This document shows positions 40,596 through 53,309 of a DNA stretch of 64,000 nt, in pieces (position 1 is the stretch's first letter; each line of letters starts with the position of its first letter). The notes beneath the pieces were generated by a model, which saw only the letters and a program-made list of their open reading frames with translations, had not been told where the DNA came from and searched no databases. The DNA lies in NCBI GenBank assembly GCA_964016885.1, contig OZ024755.1, forward strand, positions 36,084,001-36,148,000. The letters are read 5' to 3'. A program made the translations under genes and the position numbers. Origin of the DNA: Eledone cirrhosa. Lineage: Eukaryota.

Positions 40596-40885
40596 AATTA
40601 TAACCAAGTAATACAGCTAATTATAACCAAGTAATACAGTTAATTATAACCAAGTAATACAGTTAATTATAACCAAGTAATACAGCTAAAACAAAATTAT
40701 AACAAAAGGTGATGCAAGAAAATCAAAATTATAACCAAGTAATACAGCTAATTATAACCAAGTAATACAGCTAATTATAACCAAGTAATACAGTTAATTA
40801 TAACCAAGTAATAAAGTTAATTATAACCAAGTAATACAGCTAAAACAAAATTATAACAAAAGGTGATGCAAGAAAATCAAAATTA
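40596..40885. repeat. 23-bp minisatellite with block duplication
   Basis: AATTATAACCAAGTAATACAG(C/T)T units; the block ending GGTGATGCAAGAAAATC occurs twice. Confidence 0.92.
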
Positions 40886-40977
40886 AAACCAACCTATTTA
40901 CCTGGGAGTTTTACCACGGTAATCAGCTTCTATCAGATTTATTCTGCTACAAAGTTATTACCTTTTAATTATTTAGA

Positions 40978-41170
40978 GCAGTGGATTGGCAGTATCAATA
41001 GAGGGCCAGACGCCATGCTTTGCAGCATAGAGTTATGGCCATTTATGATCTGAGTTCGAATCCCGCCGAGTTTAACTTTGCCATTCATCCTTACGGAGGT
41101 CGATAAAATAAAGTACCTGTAATACACTGGGGTAATTCCTGGCCTTGTGCCAAAAGTAGAAACAATTATT
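40978..41170 (+). mobile_element. SINE family B
   Basis: Matches family consensus. Confidence 0.85.
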
Positions 41171-41209
41171 TATTTAATTATTTATTTATAAAGGAGTTTA
41201 CCTATCTCT

Positions 41210-41750
41210 ACACCCACTCTGCATCATCCCATGCATTGAGTACTCCCATGATTAGTGGTCTCCCCGGTCTCGGCACTGCAGACTCTCTTTCTCTCTCTGA
41301 GTCTCCTGCTGGATTGTTTTGCCCATAAAATCTGTCCAGCGATTCTTCCCCAAGATATTCTAACCACATGCCCATAGTATGAGAGCTGTGGTCTCTCAAT
41401 TCGGAGTAGCAGCTCTACCTGGAGTGGATCTCCAATCTACACACTTTATCAAGTAATGGTACTCCGAAGACCCTTCAGAGGAACCCCATTTTGGCCGCTT
41501 GTATTCGTGATTATATCCTTTCAGTCATTACCCCAGATTCATGACCATAGGTAAAGGTTGGCCCGAAAACCAAATTAAAGATATCGTGTTTGGCTTTTGC
41601 GTCTACCTCCCTTCTTCTGATTACTGAAGCTGGTGCATTACTGCACCAGCTCCTGCAATTCTTGCACTTAATTCAGCCTCTTGCCTTCCATCACTTGTGA
41701 ACACAGTTCCAAGATACTTGAACTTCTCTACCTGCTTCAGTGGAACTCTT
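41210..41750 (-). mobile_element. RTE LINE fragment
   Basis: Reverse strand QVEKFKYLGTVFTSDGRQ, PTFTYGHESG; related to 15705-16345. Confidence 0.8.
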
Positions 41751-42115
41751 TCAGTAGTCTTCTTTTGAATTTAAACAACTTCAAATTATATCTAAAATAA
41801 TATGACAGCCGACTGATGTCTTGATTTTTAACACAGTATACCACATGAAACCATATTAACAATACATTCTTGAAAAGTAATAAAGATCACCATTACAGCA
41901 TCACATTAAAAATTAACTCTTTCATTACCATATTTCTAATTAAAACACTCTCTATAATTTTAAAATCATTTTGAAAATAACCAACAATTGGCAATGATAG
42001 AGCAATATAACTAACTTGTTCATTATTAAGTATCTGTTGCAAATATAACTTAAAGATTCTTACATAAAATTATAACAAGAAGTTTTTTTTTAAAACAATA
42101 TAAACACTTTAAAAT

Positions 42116-42885
42116 AGTTGTTTCTACTTTTGGCACAAGGCCATCAATTATCCCAGTGCATTACTGGTACTTTATTTTATCAACCCCATAAGGATGAAAG
42201 GCAAAGTTAACCTCAGCTGGATGTGAACTCAGAATGGCAAGGGCCGTAACTATGCGTCAAAGCATGGTGTCCGACCCTCTACCGATTCTGCCAATCCACC
42301 CATAAGAACCAGTGGTGGTTTCATGTGGTTTCATAGCAAAACTCAGTTTTTACTTAATTATTTTATACACTACAATTTTTTTCAACACACAGACGCGTGT
42401 CATCATCATCATCATCATCATCATCATTTTACGTCCGCTTTTCCCTGCTTGCAAGGGTGGGATGGGTTCCTATTCAGCGCAGCATCTCTCCACTTGTCAC
42501 GGTCCTTCGTCATCTCCTCTGTGAGCTTCAGCGATCCTTACGGGGGTCGATAAAATAAAGTACCAGTAATGCACTGGGATAATTGCTGGCCTTGTGCCAA
42601 AAGTAGAAACAATTATTTTGAAAAACCAGGCAGAGCCCATCCCTCTCCAGGTATAAATACAGTAGATTTCTTTCAGAGAAAGATAGACAGTGAAAGAGAG
42701 AAAGCGAGAATGAGATATAGAGGAAGGATTGACCCCAGTACTAGACTGATACTTGTTTTTATCGACCTTGAAAGGATGAAAGGCAAAATTGACCTCAGCG
42801 GGATTTGAACTCAAAGAGCAGAGGGTCGGAGCAAACACCATCAAGCATTCTATCCGACATTCTAACAATGCTGCCAATTTGCTGC
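42116..42885. mobile_element. Cluster of SINE B copies plus RTE 3' end (42400-42533, minus)
   Basis: 42116-42300 (-), 42534-42616 (+), 42725-42880 (-); RTE piece matches ~56370-56495. Confidence 0.8.
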
Positions 42886-42987
42886 TTTAATCAGTAATAG
42901 GAAGAACAAATACATGTTATCCTTTCAAGTACAGCAATGAAAGAAGTACATCAAATGTTCCTACTGAACAATAAAATTGTGTAATCC

Positions 42988-44042
42988 TGGGTCCACAATA
43001 TTGGAAACAATAAAGACAACACAACAGAGAGAGGTTTTTCCTTCAAGACAACACAACCCAGAGTGGTGTGTCCTTCAAGACAACACAACCCAGAGTGGTG
43101 TGTCCCTCAAGACAACACAAGCCAGAGTGGTGTGTCCCTCAACACAACACAGTGGTTGTCCTTCAACACAACACAACAGAGAGAGGTTTTTCTTTCAAGA
43201 CAACACAACCCAGAGTGGTGTGTCCTTCAAGACAACACAACCCAGAGTGGTGTGTCCTTCAAGACAACACAACCCAGAGTGGTGTGTCCCTCAACACAAC
43301 ACATAGTGGTGTGTCCTTCCAGACAACACAACCCAGAGTGGTATGTCCCTCAACACAACACATAGTGGTGTGTCCTTCAAGACAACACAACCCAGAGTGG
43401 TGTGTCCCTCAACACAACACAGAGTGGTGTGTCCTTCAACACCACACAACAGAGAGAGGTTTTTCCTTCAAGACAACACAACCCAGAGTGGTGTGTCCTT
43501 CAAGACAACACAACCCAGAGTGGTGTGTCCCTCAACACAACACAGAGTGGTGTGTCCTTCAAGACAACACAACCCAGAGTGGTGTGTCCTTCAAGACAAC
43601 ACAACCCAGAGTGGTGTGTCCCTCAACACAACACAGAGTGGTGTGTCCTTCAACACCACACAACAGAGAGAGGTTTTTCCTTCAAGACAACACAACCCAG
43701 AGTGGTGTGTCCTTCAAGACAACACAACCCAGAGTGGTGTGTCCTTCAAGACAACACAACCCAGAGTGGTGTGTCCTTCAAGACAACACAACCCAGAGTG
43801 GTGTGTCCCTCAACACAACCCAGAGTGGTGTGTCCTTCAAGACAACACAACCCAGAGTGGTGTGTCCCTCAACACAACACAGAGTGGTGTGTCCTTCAAC
43901 ACCACACAACAGAGAGAGGTTTTTCTTTCAAGACAACACAACCCAGAGTGGTGTGTCCTTCAAGACAACACAACCCAGAGTGGTGTGCCCTTCAACACAA
44001 CACAGAGTGGTGTGTCCTTCAACACAACACAGAGTGTTGTGT
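42988..44042. repeat. 27/32-bp minisatellite, array 1
   Basis: AGAGTGGTGTGTCCTTCAAGACAACACAACCC units. Confidence 0.95.
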
Positions 44043-44255
44043 TGAACTCAGAGAGCAGAGGGTCGGAGCGAACACCATCAAGCATTCTATCCGACATTCT
44101 AACAACGCTGCCAATTTGCCACCTTAATCAGTAATAGGAAGAGCAAATACAATGAAAGATGTACATCAAATGTTCCTACCGAACAATAAAATTATGTAAT
44201 CCTGTATACAATCCCAGTGGATTTTAAGTAAACACAGAACTTATAACAAGCTTAC

Positions 44256-44335
44256 ATCCTGAACATCTGGATAATTCCAGATAGCATCTAACAACTGATT
44301 GTCATCAGTGAGAGGATTAATATTATAGCAAAGTG
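44256..44335 (-). CDS. Candidate small coding exon (LCYNINPLTDDNQLLDAIWNYPDVQD)
   Basis: TTTCTGTGATTTTAG| acceptor, GAT|GTAAGC donor; open in phase 1 to 0, compatible with splicing to 30863. Confidence 0.4.
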
Positions 44336-44806
44336 CTAAAATCACAGAAATTTCCAATCAACAGCTGGTAATGGTGAAATTGTAGTATAGCATTTGTAAA
44401 AGAGGTACACACAGATATAAAGTCTCCCACTTACATACGTATTAAGCAAAGGTTTATTTCTCTGTAAGCTTTATCTGAATTATGTTTCAATTTCCACTAG
44501 TAATTGTTTTATTTTATTTGTATCACAATTACTTTGAATGTCACAATGCCTGATTCCTCACCTTTAAAATCTTAAACTTTAAGCTTACCTAGAGAAGCTG
44601 TGGTGAAACTGCTTGACGATAACTTCAACGTTGCAATATATATTCATACGTACAGGTTTCACTATGTCTATAGAGTGTTGGGTACCAACACACACAACAC
44701 ACATTTTCCAAATTACTTCAATTATACATATGTAAATTGTGGACACAAACAATGCAAACAGAAAAAAAAAATGGAGGAAAAAACTGATTTCTATAATTAG
44801 CCATAA

Positions 44807-47151
44807 GGGTCCACAATATTGGAAACAATAAAGACAACACAACACAGAGAGGTTTTTCCTTCAACACAACACAACCCAGAGTGGTGTGTCCTTCAACACA
44901 ACCCAGAGTGGTGTGTCCTTCAACACAACACAACACAACCCAGAGTGGTGTGTCCTTCAACACAACCCAGAGTGGTGTTTCCTTCAACACAATACAACCC
45001 AGAATGGTGTGTCCTTCAACACAACCCAGAGTGGTGTGACCTTCAACACAACACAATACAACCCAGAGTGGTGTGTCCTTCAACACAACCCAGAGTGGTG
45101 TGACCTTCAACACAACACAACACAACCCAGAGTGGTGTGACCTTCAACACAACACAACCCAGAGTGGTGTGTCCTTCAACACAACCCAGAGTGGTGTGAC
45201 CTTCAACACAACACAACCCAGAGTGGTGTGTCCTTCAACACAACCCAGAGTGGTGTGACCTTCAACACAACACAACCCAGAGTGGTGTGTCCTTCAACAC
45301 AACCCAGAGTGGTGTGACCTTCAACACAACACAACCCAGAGTGGTGTGTCCTTCAACACAACCCAGAGTGGTGTGACCTTCAACACAACACAACCCAGAG
45401 TGGTGTGTCCTTCAACACAACCCAGAGTGGTGTGACCTTCAACACAACACAACCCAGAGTGGTGTGTCCTTCAACACAACCCAGAGTGGTGTGACCTTCA
45501 ACACAACACAACCCAGAGTGGTGTGTCCTTCAACACAACCCAGAGTGGTGTGACCTTCAACACAACACAACCCAGAGTGGTGTGTCCTTCAACACAACCC
45601 AGAGTGGTGTGACCTTCAACACAACACAACCCAGAGTGGTGTGTCCTTCAACTCAACCCAGAGTGGTGTGACCTTCAACACAACACAACCCAGAGTGGTG
45701 TGTCCTTCAACACAACTCAGAGTGGTGTGACCTTCAACACAACACAACCCAGAGTGGTGTGTCCTTCAACACAACACAACCCAGAGTGGTGTGTCCTTCA
45801 ACACAACCCAGAGTGGTGTGACCTTCAACACAACACAACCCAGAGTGGTGTGTCCTTCAACACAACCCAGAGTGGTGTGACCTTCAACACAACACAACCC
45901 AGAGTGGTGTGTCCTTCAACACAACCCAGAGTGGTGTGACCTTCAACACAACACAACCCAGAGTGGTGTGTCCTTCAACACAACCCAGAGTGGTGTGACC
46001 TTCAACACAACACAACCCAGAGTGGTGTGTCCTTCAACACAACCCAGAGTGGTGTGACCTTCAACACAACACAACCCAGAGTGGTGTGTCCTTCAACACA
46101 ACCCAGAGTGGTGTGACCTTCAACACAACACAACCCAGAGTGGTGTGTCCTTCAACACAACCCAGAGTGGTGTGACCTTCAACACAACACAACCCAGAGT
46201 GGTGTGTCCTTCAACACAACCCAGAGTGGTGTGACCTTCAACACAACACAACCCAGAGTGGTGTGTCCTTCAACTCAACCCAGAGTGGTGTGACCTTCAA
46301 CACAACACAACCCAGAGTGGTGTGTCCTTCAACACAACTCAGAGTGGTGTGACCTTCAACACAACACAACCCAGAGTGGTGTGTCCTTCAACACAACACA
46401 ACCCAGAGTGGTGTGTCCTTCAACACAACCCAGAGTGGTGTGACCTTCAACACAACACAACCCAGAGTGGTGTGTCCTTCAACACAACTCAGAGTGGTGT
46501 GACCTTCAACACAACACAACCCAGAGTGGTGTGTCCTTCAACACAACTCAGAGTGGTGTGACCTTCAACACAACACAACCCAGAGTGGTGTGTCCTTCAA
46601 CACAACACAACCCAGAGTGGTGTGTCCTTCAACACAACCCAGAGTGGTGTGACCTTCAACACAACACAACCCAGAGTGGTGTGTCCTTCAACACAACTCA
46701 GAGTGGTGTGACCTTCAACACAACACAACCCAGAGTGGTGTGTCCTTCAACACAACCCAGAGTGGTGTGACCTTCAACACAACACAACCCAGAGTGGTGT
46801 GACCTTCAACACAACACAACCCAGAGTGGTGTGTCCTTCAACACAACCCAGAGTGGTGTGACCTTCAACACAACACAACCCAGAGTGGTGTGTCCTTCAA
46901 CACAACACAACCCAGAGTGGTGTGTCCTTCAACACAACACAACCCAGAGTGGTCTGTCCTTCAACACAACCCAGAGTGGTGTGACCTTCAACACAACACA
47001 ACCCAGAGTGGTGTGTCCTTCAACACAACACAACCCAGAGTGGTGTGACCTTCAACACAACACAACCCAGAGTGGTGTGACCTTCAACACAACACAACCC
47101 AGAGTGGTGTGACCTTCAACACAACACAACCCAGAGTGGTGTGTCCTTCAA
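44807..47151. repeat. 27/32-bp minisatellite, array 2, with 59-bp dimer higher-order repeat
   Basis: Alternating GTCCTT-27mer and GACCTT-32mer. Confidence 0.96.
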
Positions 47152-47204
47152 GTAAAGTAAAAGGACATCACTGAGGTGAAAACAGAAGATAATAATAGAA
47201 ATAT

Positions 47205-47423
47205 TAATGGTTTCTTATATAGACACAAGGCCAGCAATTTTGGGGAAGGAGAAAGTCGATTAAATCGAACCCCAGTGTATTACTGGTACTTTATTTTATC
47301 GGCCCCGTAAGGATGAAAGGCAAAGTTAACCTCGGCAGGATTTGAACTCAGATCATAAAGGGCCGTAACTCTATGCTGCAAAGCATGGTGTCCGACTCTC
47401 TACCGATACTGCCAATCCACCAC
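47205..47423 (-). mobile_element. SINE family B
   Basis: Matches family consensus. Confidence 0.85.
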
Positions 47424-47466
47424 CCATTATTAATAATAACAAGAGAAGACAATAATTGTATAGCAA

Positions 47467-47777
47467 GCAATAGTGCTACTTTATCACAGTGGAGTAATTT
47501 GGTCGTGTTTGGTCAGTTGCCAGTCCCTAAGGTTGGTGGCGTAGGAATACTAAGAACGACTTCTGCCCAGCAATAGTGCTACTTTATCACGGTGGAGTAA
47601 TTTGGTCATGCTTGGTCAGTTGCCAGTCCTTAGGGTTGGTGGCGTAGGAATACTAAGAACGACTTTTGCCCAGCAATAGTGCTACTTTATCACGGTGGAG
47701 TAATTTGGTTGTGTTTGGTCAGTTGCCAGTCCTTAGGGTTGGTGGCGTAGGAATACTAAGAACGACTTCCACCCAGC
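47467..47777. repeat. 103-bp tandem repeat x3
   Basis: Units start 47467, 47570, 47673. Confidence 0.95.
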
Positions 47778-47854
47778 AGTCAATTTCACGCCTAATTATC
47801 AATTCTCCCACAATTACGTTGGGATCTTCTACTGAGCAGTACCGTGTAACTCAC

Positions 47855-47910
47855 TTCCTGATTTTCTTGATCTTGCCCTCTAAAGCCGAGAGTAATCTCG
47901 ATATATAACT
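47855..47910 (-). CDS. Candidate micro-exon
   Basis: TTTTATGCAG| ... GAA|GTGAGT; two open frames; no other support. Confidence 0.2.
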
Positions 47911-48145
47911 CTGCATAAAATTACATTTATCGTTCAACTTCATTATATGATATGTTTGAAGCTCTTCACTCGCCTTGTACATGTATTAATATGGAGAAGA
48001 AAATAAAATCTCCATTTTCCTGAAGTAGTAATCCCTACTAACATATCATTCCAACATCTAATTGCTACCTTTATCAATTGTACTGTTGTGAATCTCTCTT
48101 GAATAACCTTTCTGCTACCATTACAACAAAAGTACTTATTACTAA

Positions 48146-48332
48146 AATTGTTTCTACTTTAGGCACAAGACCAGCAATTACCTCAGTACATTACTGGTGC
48201 TTTATTTTATCGACCCTGTAAGGATGAAAGGCAAAACTAACCTCGGCGGGATTTGAACTCAGAACATAAAGGGCAGTAACTCTATAACACAAAGCAGGGC
48301 GTCCAACACTCTACTGACACTGACAATCGACC
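48146..48332 (-). mobile_element. SINE family B
   Basis: Matches family consensus. Confidence 0.82.
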
Positions 48333-48434
48333 CCTTTCTTATACCCATTCTCACTCTCTAAAAATGGTTGCCTTAGAACAAGCCCCACCCCCAAAGAGTA
48401 GCTAGGACTTATCAATCTAATCAATGACCAGCAC

Positions 48435-49270
48435 ACTGTCCAGTGTCGGTGTCACAATAAAATACAGCCAGTCCACTCTGTAAAGTGGTAGTGCTGGTAT
48501 CACAATAAAACACACCCAGTACATGATGTAAAGTGATAATGTTTGTCACAATAAAATATACCTAGTCCACCTAGTAAAATGATAATGCTGGTGTCACAAT
48601 AAAATACACCCAGTTCACCCCTTAAAGTGGTAGTGCTGGTGTCACAATAAAATAAAATACACCCAATCCACCCTGTAAAGCGGTAGTGCTGGTGTCAATA
48701 AAATACACCAAGTCCAACCTGTAAAGTGTTAGTGCTGGTATCACAAAATAAAACACACCCAGTCCACCCCTTAAAGTGGCAGTGATGGTGTCACAATAAA
48801 ATACACCAGTCCACCTAGTAAAGTGATAGTGCTGGTGTCACAATAAAATAAAATACACCCAGTTCACCCTGTTAAGTGGTAGTGCTGGTGTCACAATAAA
48901 AGAAAATGAACCCAGTCTACCCCTTAAAGTGGTAGTGCTGGTGTCACAATAAAATAAAATACACCCAGTCCACCTTGTAAAGTGCTAGTGCTGGTGTCAC
49001 AATAAAATAAAATACACCTAGTCCACTCTGTAAAGTGCTAGTGCTGGTGTCACAATAAAATACACCTAGTCCACTCTGTAAAGTACTAGTGCTGGTGTCA
49101 CAATAAAATACACTCAGTAAATGATATAAGGTGGTTGACATTAGGAAAGTCATTCAACAATAGAAGCCATGCCAAAATGGAACACAGGAAGAAGACATTG
49201 TCATGTGACCTGTCTAGTCTCACAATGTGTTGATCCATCCAGCCTAGGCCACTATGGAAGACAGACTTAG
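48435..49270 (+). repeat. Older family C-related copy with diverged 49-54-bp minisatellite
   Basis: GTGCTGGTGTCACAATAAAATACACCCAGTCCACCCTGTAAAGTG units, then GGTTGACATTAGGAA tail. Confidence 0.85.
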
Positions 49271-49364
49271 AATTTGGCAACATCTAAATTTGAAATTTTC
49301 TCTTGACTACACTGAATAACTAAAAGAGCTTCAAGCGCTTTTCAGGTCTAAAATTCAACATACA

Positions 49365-51098
49365 TCATCATCACCCAACAACCACCACTATCACCCCATC
49401 ATCAATACAATCACCAACACCACAACAAACTCCACCACCACTATTACCAACAAAACCACCACCACCACCACCACAACCAACAACACCCCCACACCCCACC
49501 ACAGACAACGCCACCACAACCACAACACCCCACCACCACCACTATGACCACCACAACCAACAGCAACCACAACCACCACAACCAGCAACACCCCACCATC
49601 ACCACCAACACAACCACCACCACCATCCCAACACCACAACACCCCACCACCACCACAACCACCAACAACACCCCACCACCACAACCAACACCCCACCACC
49701 ACAACCAGAACCCCAACAACACCGCCACAACCATCACCACCATCCCAACACCACAACCAACAACACCACACTACCACCACCACCACCCCACAGCCATCAC
49801 CACCATTCCAACACCCCACCACCACCACCATCACCACCAACACAACCACCACCGCCATCCCAACACCACAACCAACAACACCCCCACCACCACCCCCACC
49901 ACCACCACCATCCCGACACCACAACTAACAACACCCCCACCACCACCACCACAACCATCACCACCAACACCACAACCAACAACACCCCACCACCACCACC
50001 CCACAACCACCACCACAACCCAACACCACAACCAACAACACCCCACCACCACCACTATGACCACCACAACCAACAGCAACCCACAACCACCACCACCACA
50101 ACCAGCAACACCCTACCATCACCACCAACACAACCACCACCCCCATCCCAACACCACAACCAACAACACCCCACCACCACCACTATGACCACCAACAACA
50201 CCCCACCACCACAACCACCACAACCAACACCCCACCACCACAACCAGAACCCCACCACCCCAACAACACCGCCACAGCCATCACCACCATCCCAACACCA
50301 CCACCATCACCACCAACACAACCACCACCGCCATCCCAACACCACAACCAACAACACCCCCACCACCACCACCACCACAACCATCACCACCAACACAACC
50401 ACCATCCCGACACCACAACCAACAACAGCCCACCACCACCACCCCCACAACCATCACAACCACCATCCCGACACCACAACCAACAACACTCCACCACCAC
50501 CACCCCACAACCATCACCACCACCACCACCATCCCGACACCACAACCAACAACACCCCACCACCACCACCCCACAATCATCACAACCACCATCCCGACAC
50601 CACAACCAACACCCCCACCACCACCATCACCACCAACACCACAACCAACAACACCCCACCACCACCACCCCACAACCACCACCACCATCCCAACACCACA
50701 ACCACCACCATCCCAATACTACAACCAACAACAGCACCACCACCAACACAACCACCACCACCATCCCAATACTACAACCAACAACAGCACCACCACCACC
50801 ACAACCATCACCACCAACACAACCAACACCCCCCCCCCACAACCATCACCACCACCACCCCCACCACCACCACCCCAACCAACAACACCCCCCCCCCCCC
50901 CCCACCACCACCATCCCGACCAACAACACCCCCACCACCACCACCACAACCATCACCACCAACACAACCACCATCCCAACACCACAAGCAAACACCCCCA
51001 CAACCAACAACATCCCACCACCACCACCACCACCACATCCCAACACCATTTGGCAACCACCACCACTACCAACACCACCAACACTACCACCGCTGCTG

Positions 51099-51134
<36 letters not shown>

Positions 51135-51135
51135 A
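49365..51135. repeat. Cryptic (CCA/CAA)n low-complexity tract
   Basis: Direct observation. Confidence 0.95.
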
Positions 51136-51809
51136 CATTTAACATTTAAAAAAAAAAAAAAAAGTAAGCAAGAAATATCATTATACTAGTAAGACTAGTT
51201 GACCTATCAGAAAAGTATTGAAGACATCAATCAAAACTAAAGCCATCGAGATATTTCCAGAATATTTTGGAGATAATTTCACTGCCATCCTCGGAATATA
51301 AGAAACTGGCCAAAAGTGTTATCACGCTTTCTTCCCAAAGGGACAGACTTGGCACTGTACAACTTGAAACTTTATGGTTATACCACACTTTCACATGGAC
51401 ACACAGATGTCACTTGGTGGCTGAATTCCAGAGTGACCATAAGCTGAATAAACTAACACCTTTCAGAAATGAGGTGTTTTAATTAGGAATTTAAAACAAT
51501 ACCAATGGGGCTTCTGGGAATAGGTAATATATTTATCAAATTAGATGATAAATCATTTTCATAAATCAAGGCAGATTTTCAAAAACACTCATACATCCAC
51601 ACCTAAACACACACACATATATATATATATACACACACACACAGACAGATATGTATAATTCATCATCATCATCATATAATGTCCATCATCATCATATAAT
51701 GTCCATCATCATCATATAATGTTCATATATATATCATTCATATATATATGTGTGTGTGTGTGTGTATACATATGTGTGTGTGTGTGTGTGTGCATATATA
51801 TATTTATAT

Positions 51810-52200
51810 ATCATCATCATCATCACCATTTAACGTCTATCTTCCGTGCTAGCATAGACTAGACGGGTTTGTTCCATTTAGAGGCAAGTTGGGTCGGGTG
51901 ACCGTGTCTCGCGAGTATAGGACTGTTTCTGGCTGGTTTTCCACTGCTGGATGCCCTTCCTAATGCCAAACACATTTACAGTGTGGGCTGGGCGTTTTTT
52001 GGCGAGACACCTACACAACCACTTTACAGTGTGGGCTGGATGTTTTGTGGTACCAACATAACTTTACAGAATAAGGGTGGTGTGGGCAGAAGTGGGAGGG
52101 AAGTGTACAGTGTATATTGGATTAAGAGGTGCCTACAAGGTGGATCTTCTGTATTACTGCATAGTGCCAAAGATCTCAATCCTGTGTCAGGATGAAGGCA
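51810..52200 (-). mobile_element. Retroposon family C, unexpanded copy
   Basis: (CAT)n tail, GGATGCCCTTCCTAA, only ~2 internal units. Confidence 0.8.
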
Positions 52201-52455
52201 ATGAATTTGTTTTGCAATGTTTTTGATATGAAATCGTGTGTTGAAACAAATATTGTTATATTTGTGGAGGATCATGTTATAATATTGCCAGAAATATATA
52301 ATAAAACACACTCACTGTTTGGGTTGGTTTTCTCTTCCGTATATCTTATATCTCTATAGTTAATTTAGCTGGCAATCAATGTGTCTCATTGATTGACCAA
52401 TAGTTAAAAATATAAATATAAATATATATATAGTCCCTCAGAGTTCTTTCTTGCA

Positions 52456-52504
<49 letters not shown>

Positions 52505-52509
<5 letters not shown>

Positions 52510-52800
52510 TAAATGGAAACTATATTTATAAAACTAAAATTATTTTATATATATTTCAAGGGCAACCAAGGCATTCTTGGTGCGCTTTCATCAGATAAAA
52601 TACAAGATTTGTTTTATCTGATGAAAGCACACCAAGAATACTTTGGTTGCCCTTGAAATATATATAATAAAATAATTATGGTTTTATAAATATAGTTTTC
52701 ATTTGTTAATATATTGAATATTTACTCCAGTTATCAGTTGAGTGCTTTATATCAGTTATAAACTTTTAAGCTTGTTGGAATCCCAACAAATTAAATATAA
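52505..52800. mobile_element. Fold-back (palindromic) Penelope-like non-coding element in (TA)n
   Basis: ~100-bp inverted arms 52505-52600 / 52612-52712, each with CTGATGA...GAAA; right arm followed by ~90 bp unique tail. Confidence 0.6.
52609..52675 (+). ncRNA. Minimal type I hammerhead ribozyme motif, intact core
   Basis: TTGTTTTAT-CTGATGA-[stem II]-GAAA-TATATA-TA-ATAAAATAA: 9-bp stem I, palindromic minimal stem III, AUA triplet. Confidence 0.65.
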
Positions 52801-52814
52801 CTTCTGCATATAAA

Positions 52815-53056
52815 TCATTTTACGTCCACTTTTCCCTGCTTGCAAGGGTGGGACGGGAATTGATTCTGGCTTGATTTCTACAGCTGGATGCCCTTCCTAA
52901 CACCAACCTCATTTACAGTGAGTGTTGGGTGCTTTTTTGCCGTGGCATCTCCACGACCACTTTTAAAGTGGAATGATAGGGACCCCAGTCCCTATCATCT
53001 CATTTCTACAGCTGAGTAAACTGGAGCAATGTGAAATAAAGTGTCTTGCTCAAGGA

Positions 53057-53063
<7 letters not shown>
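52815..53063 (-). mobile_element. SINE family A, 5'-truncated
   Basis: Matches 11555-11800. Confidence 0.9.
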
Positions 53064-53087
<24 letters not shown>

Positions 53088-53309
53088 CCAGAGTTTTGTA
53101 GCTTGCTTAAAGCATTGTTGAATAGGAAACACAAATTTAAATTTTGAAGACCAAAACAATGTGTTATGAAGAATCTTAAATTGCCAAGATAACAAAAGAT
53201 AACAAAATTTAATTTATATTTCCTATTTATATACATATATATATGTGTTAAAATTCTATGTATCAACTATGAGAAGATTTCCGTTATCTCTACGCGTGAA
53301 AATCATTAC

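Noticed and set aside
40902-40946. Possible 45-bp phase-2 exon (RINLIEADYRGKTP)
   Set aside because: Phase incompatible with the phase-0 exon at 30863; no other support
44589-44667. Possible exon with strong TAG|GTAAGC donor
   Set aside because: Only open frame is phase-incompatible with the adjacent 44256-44335 candidate; weak acceptor
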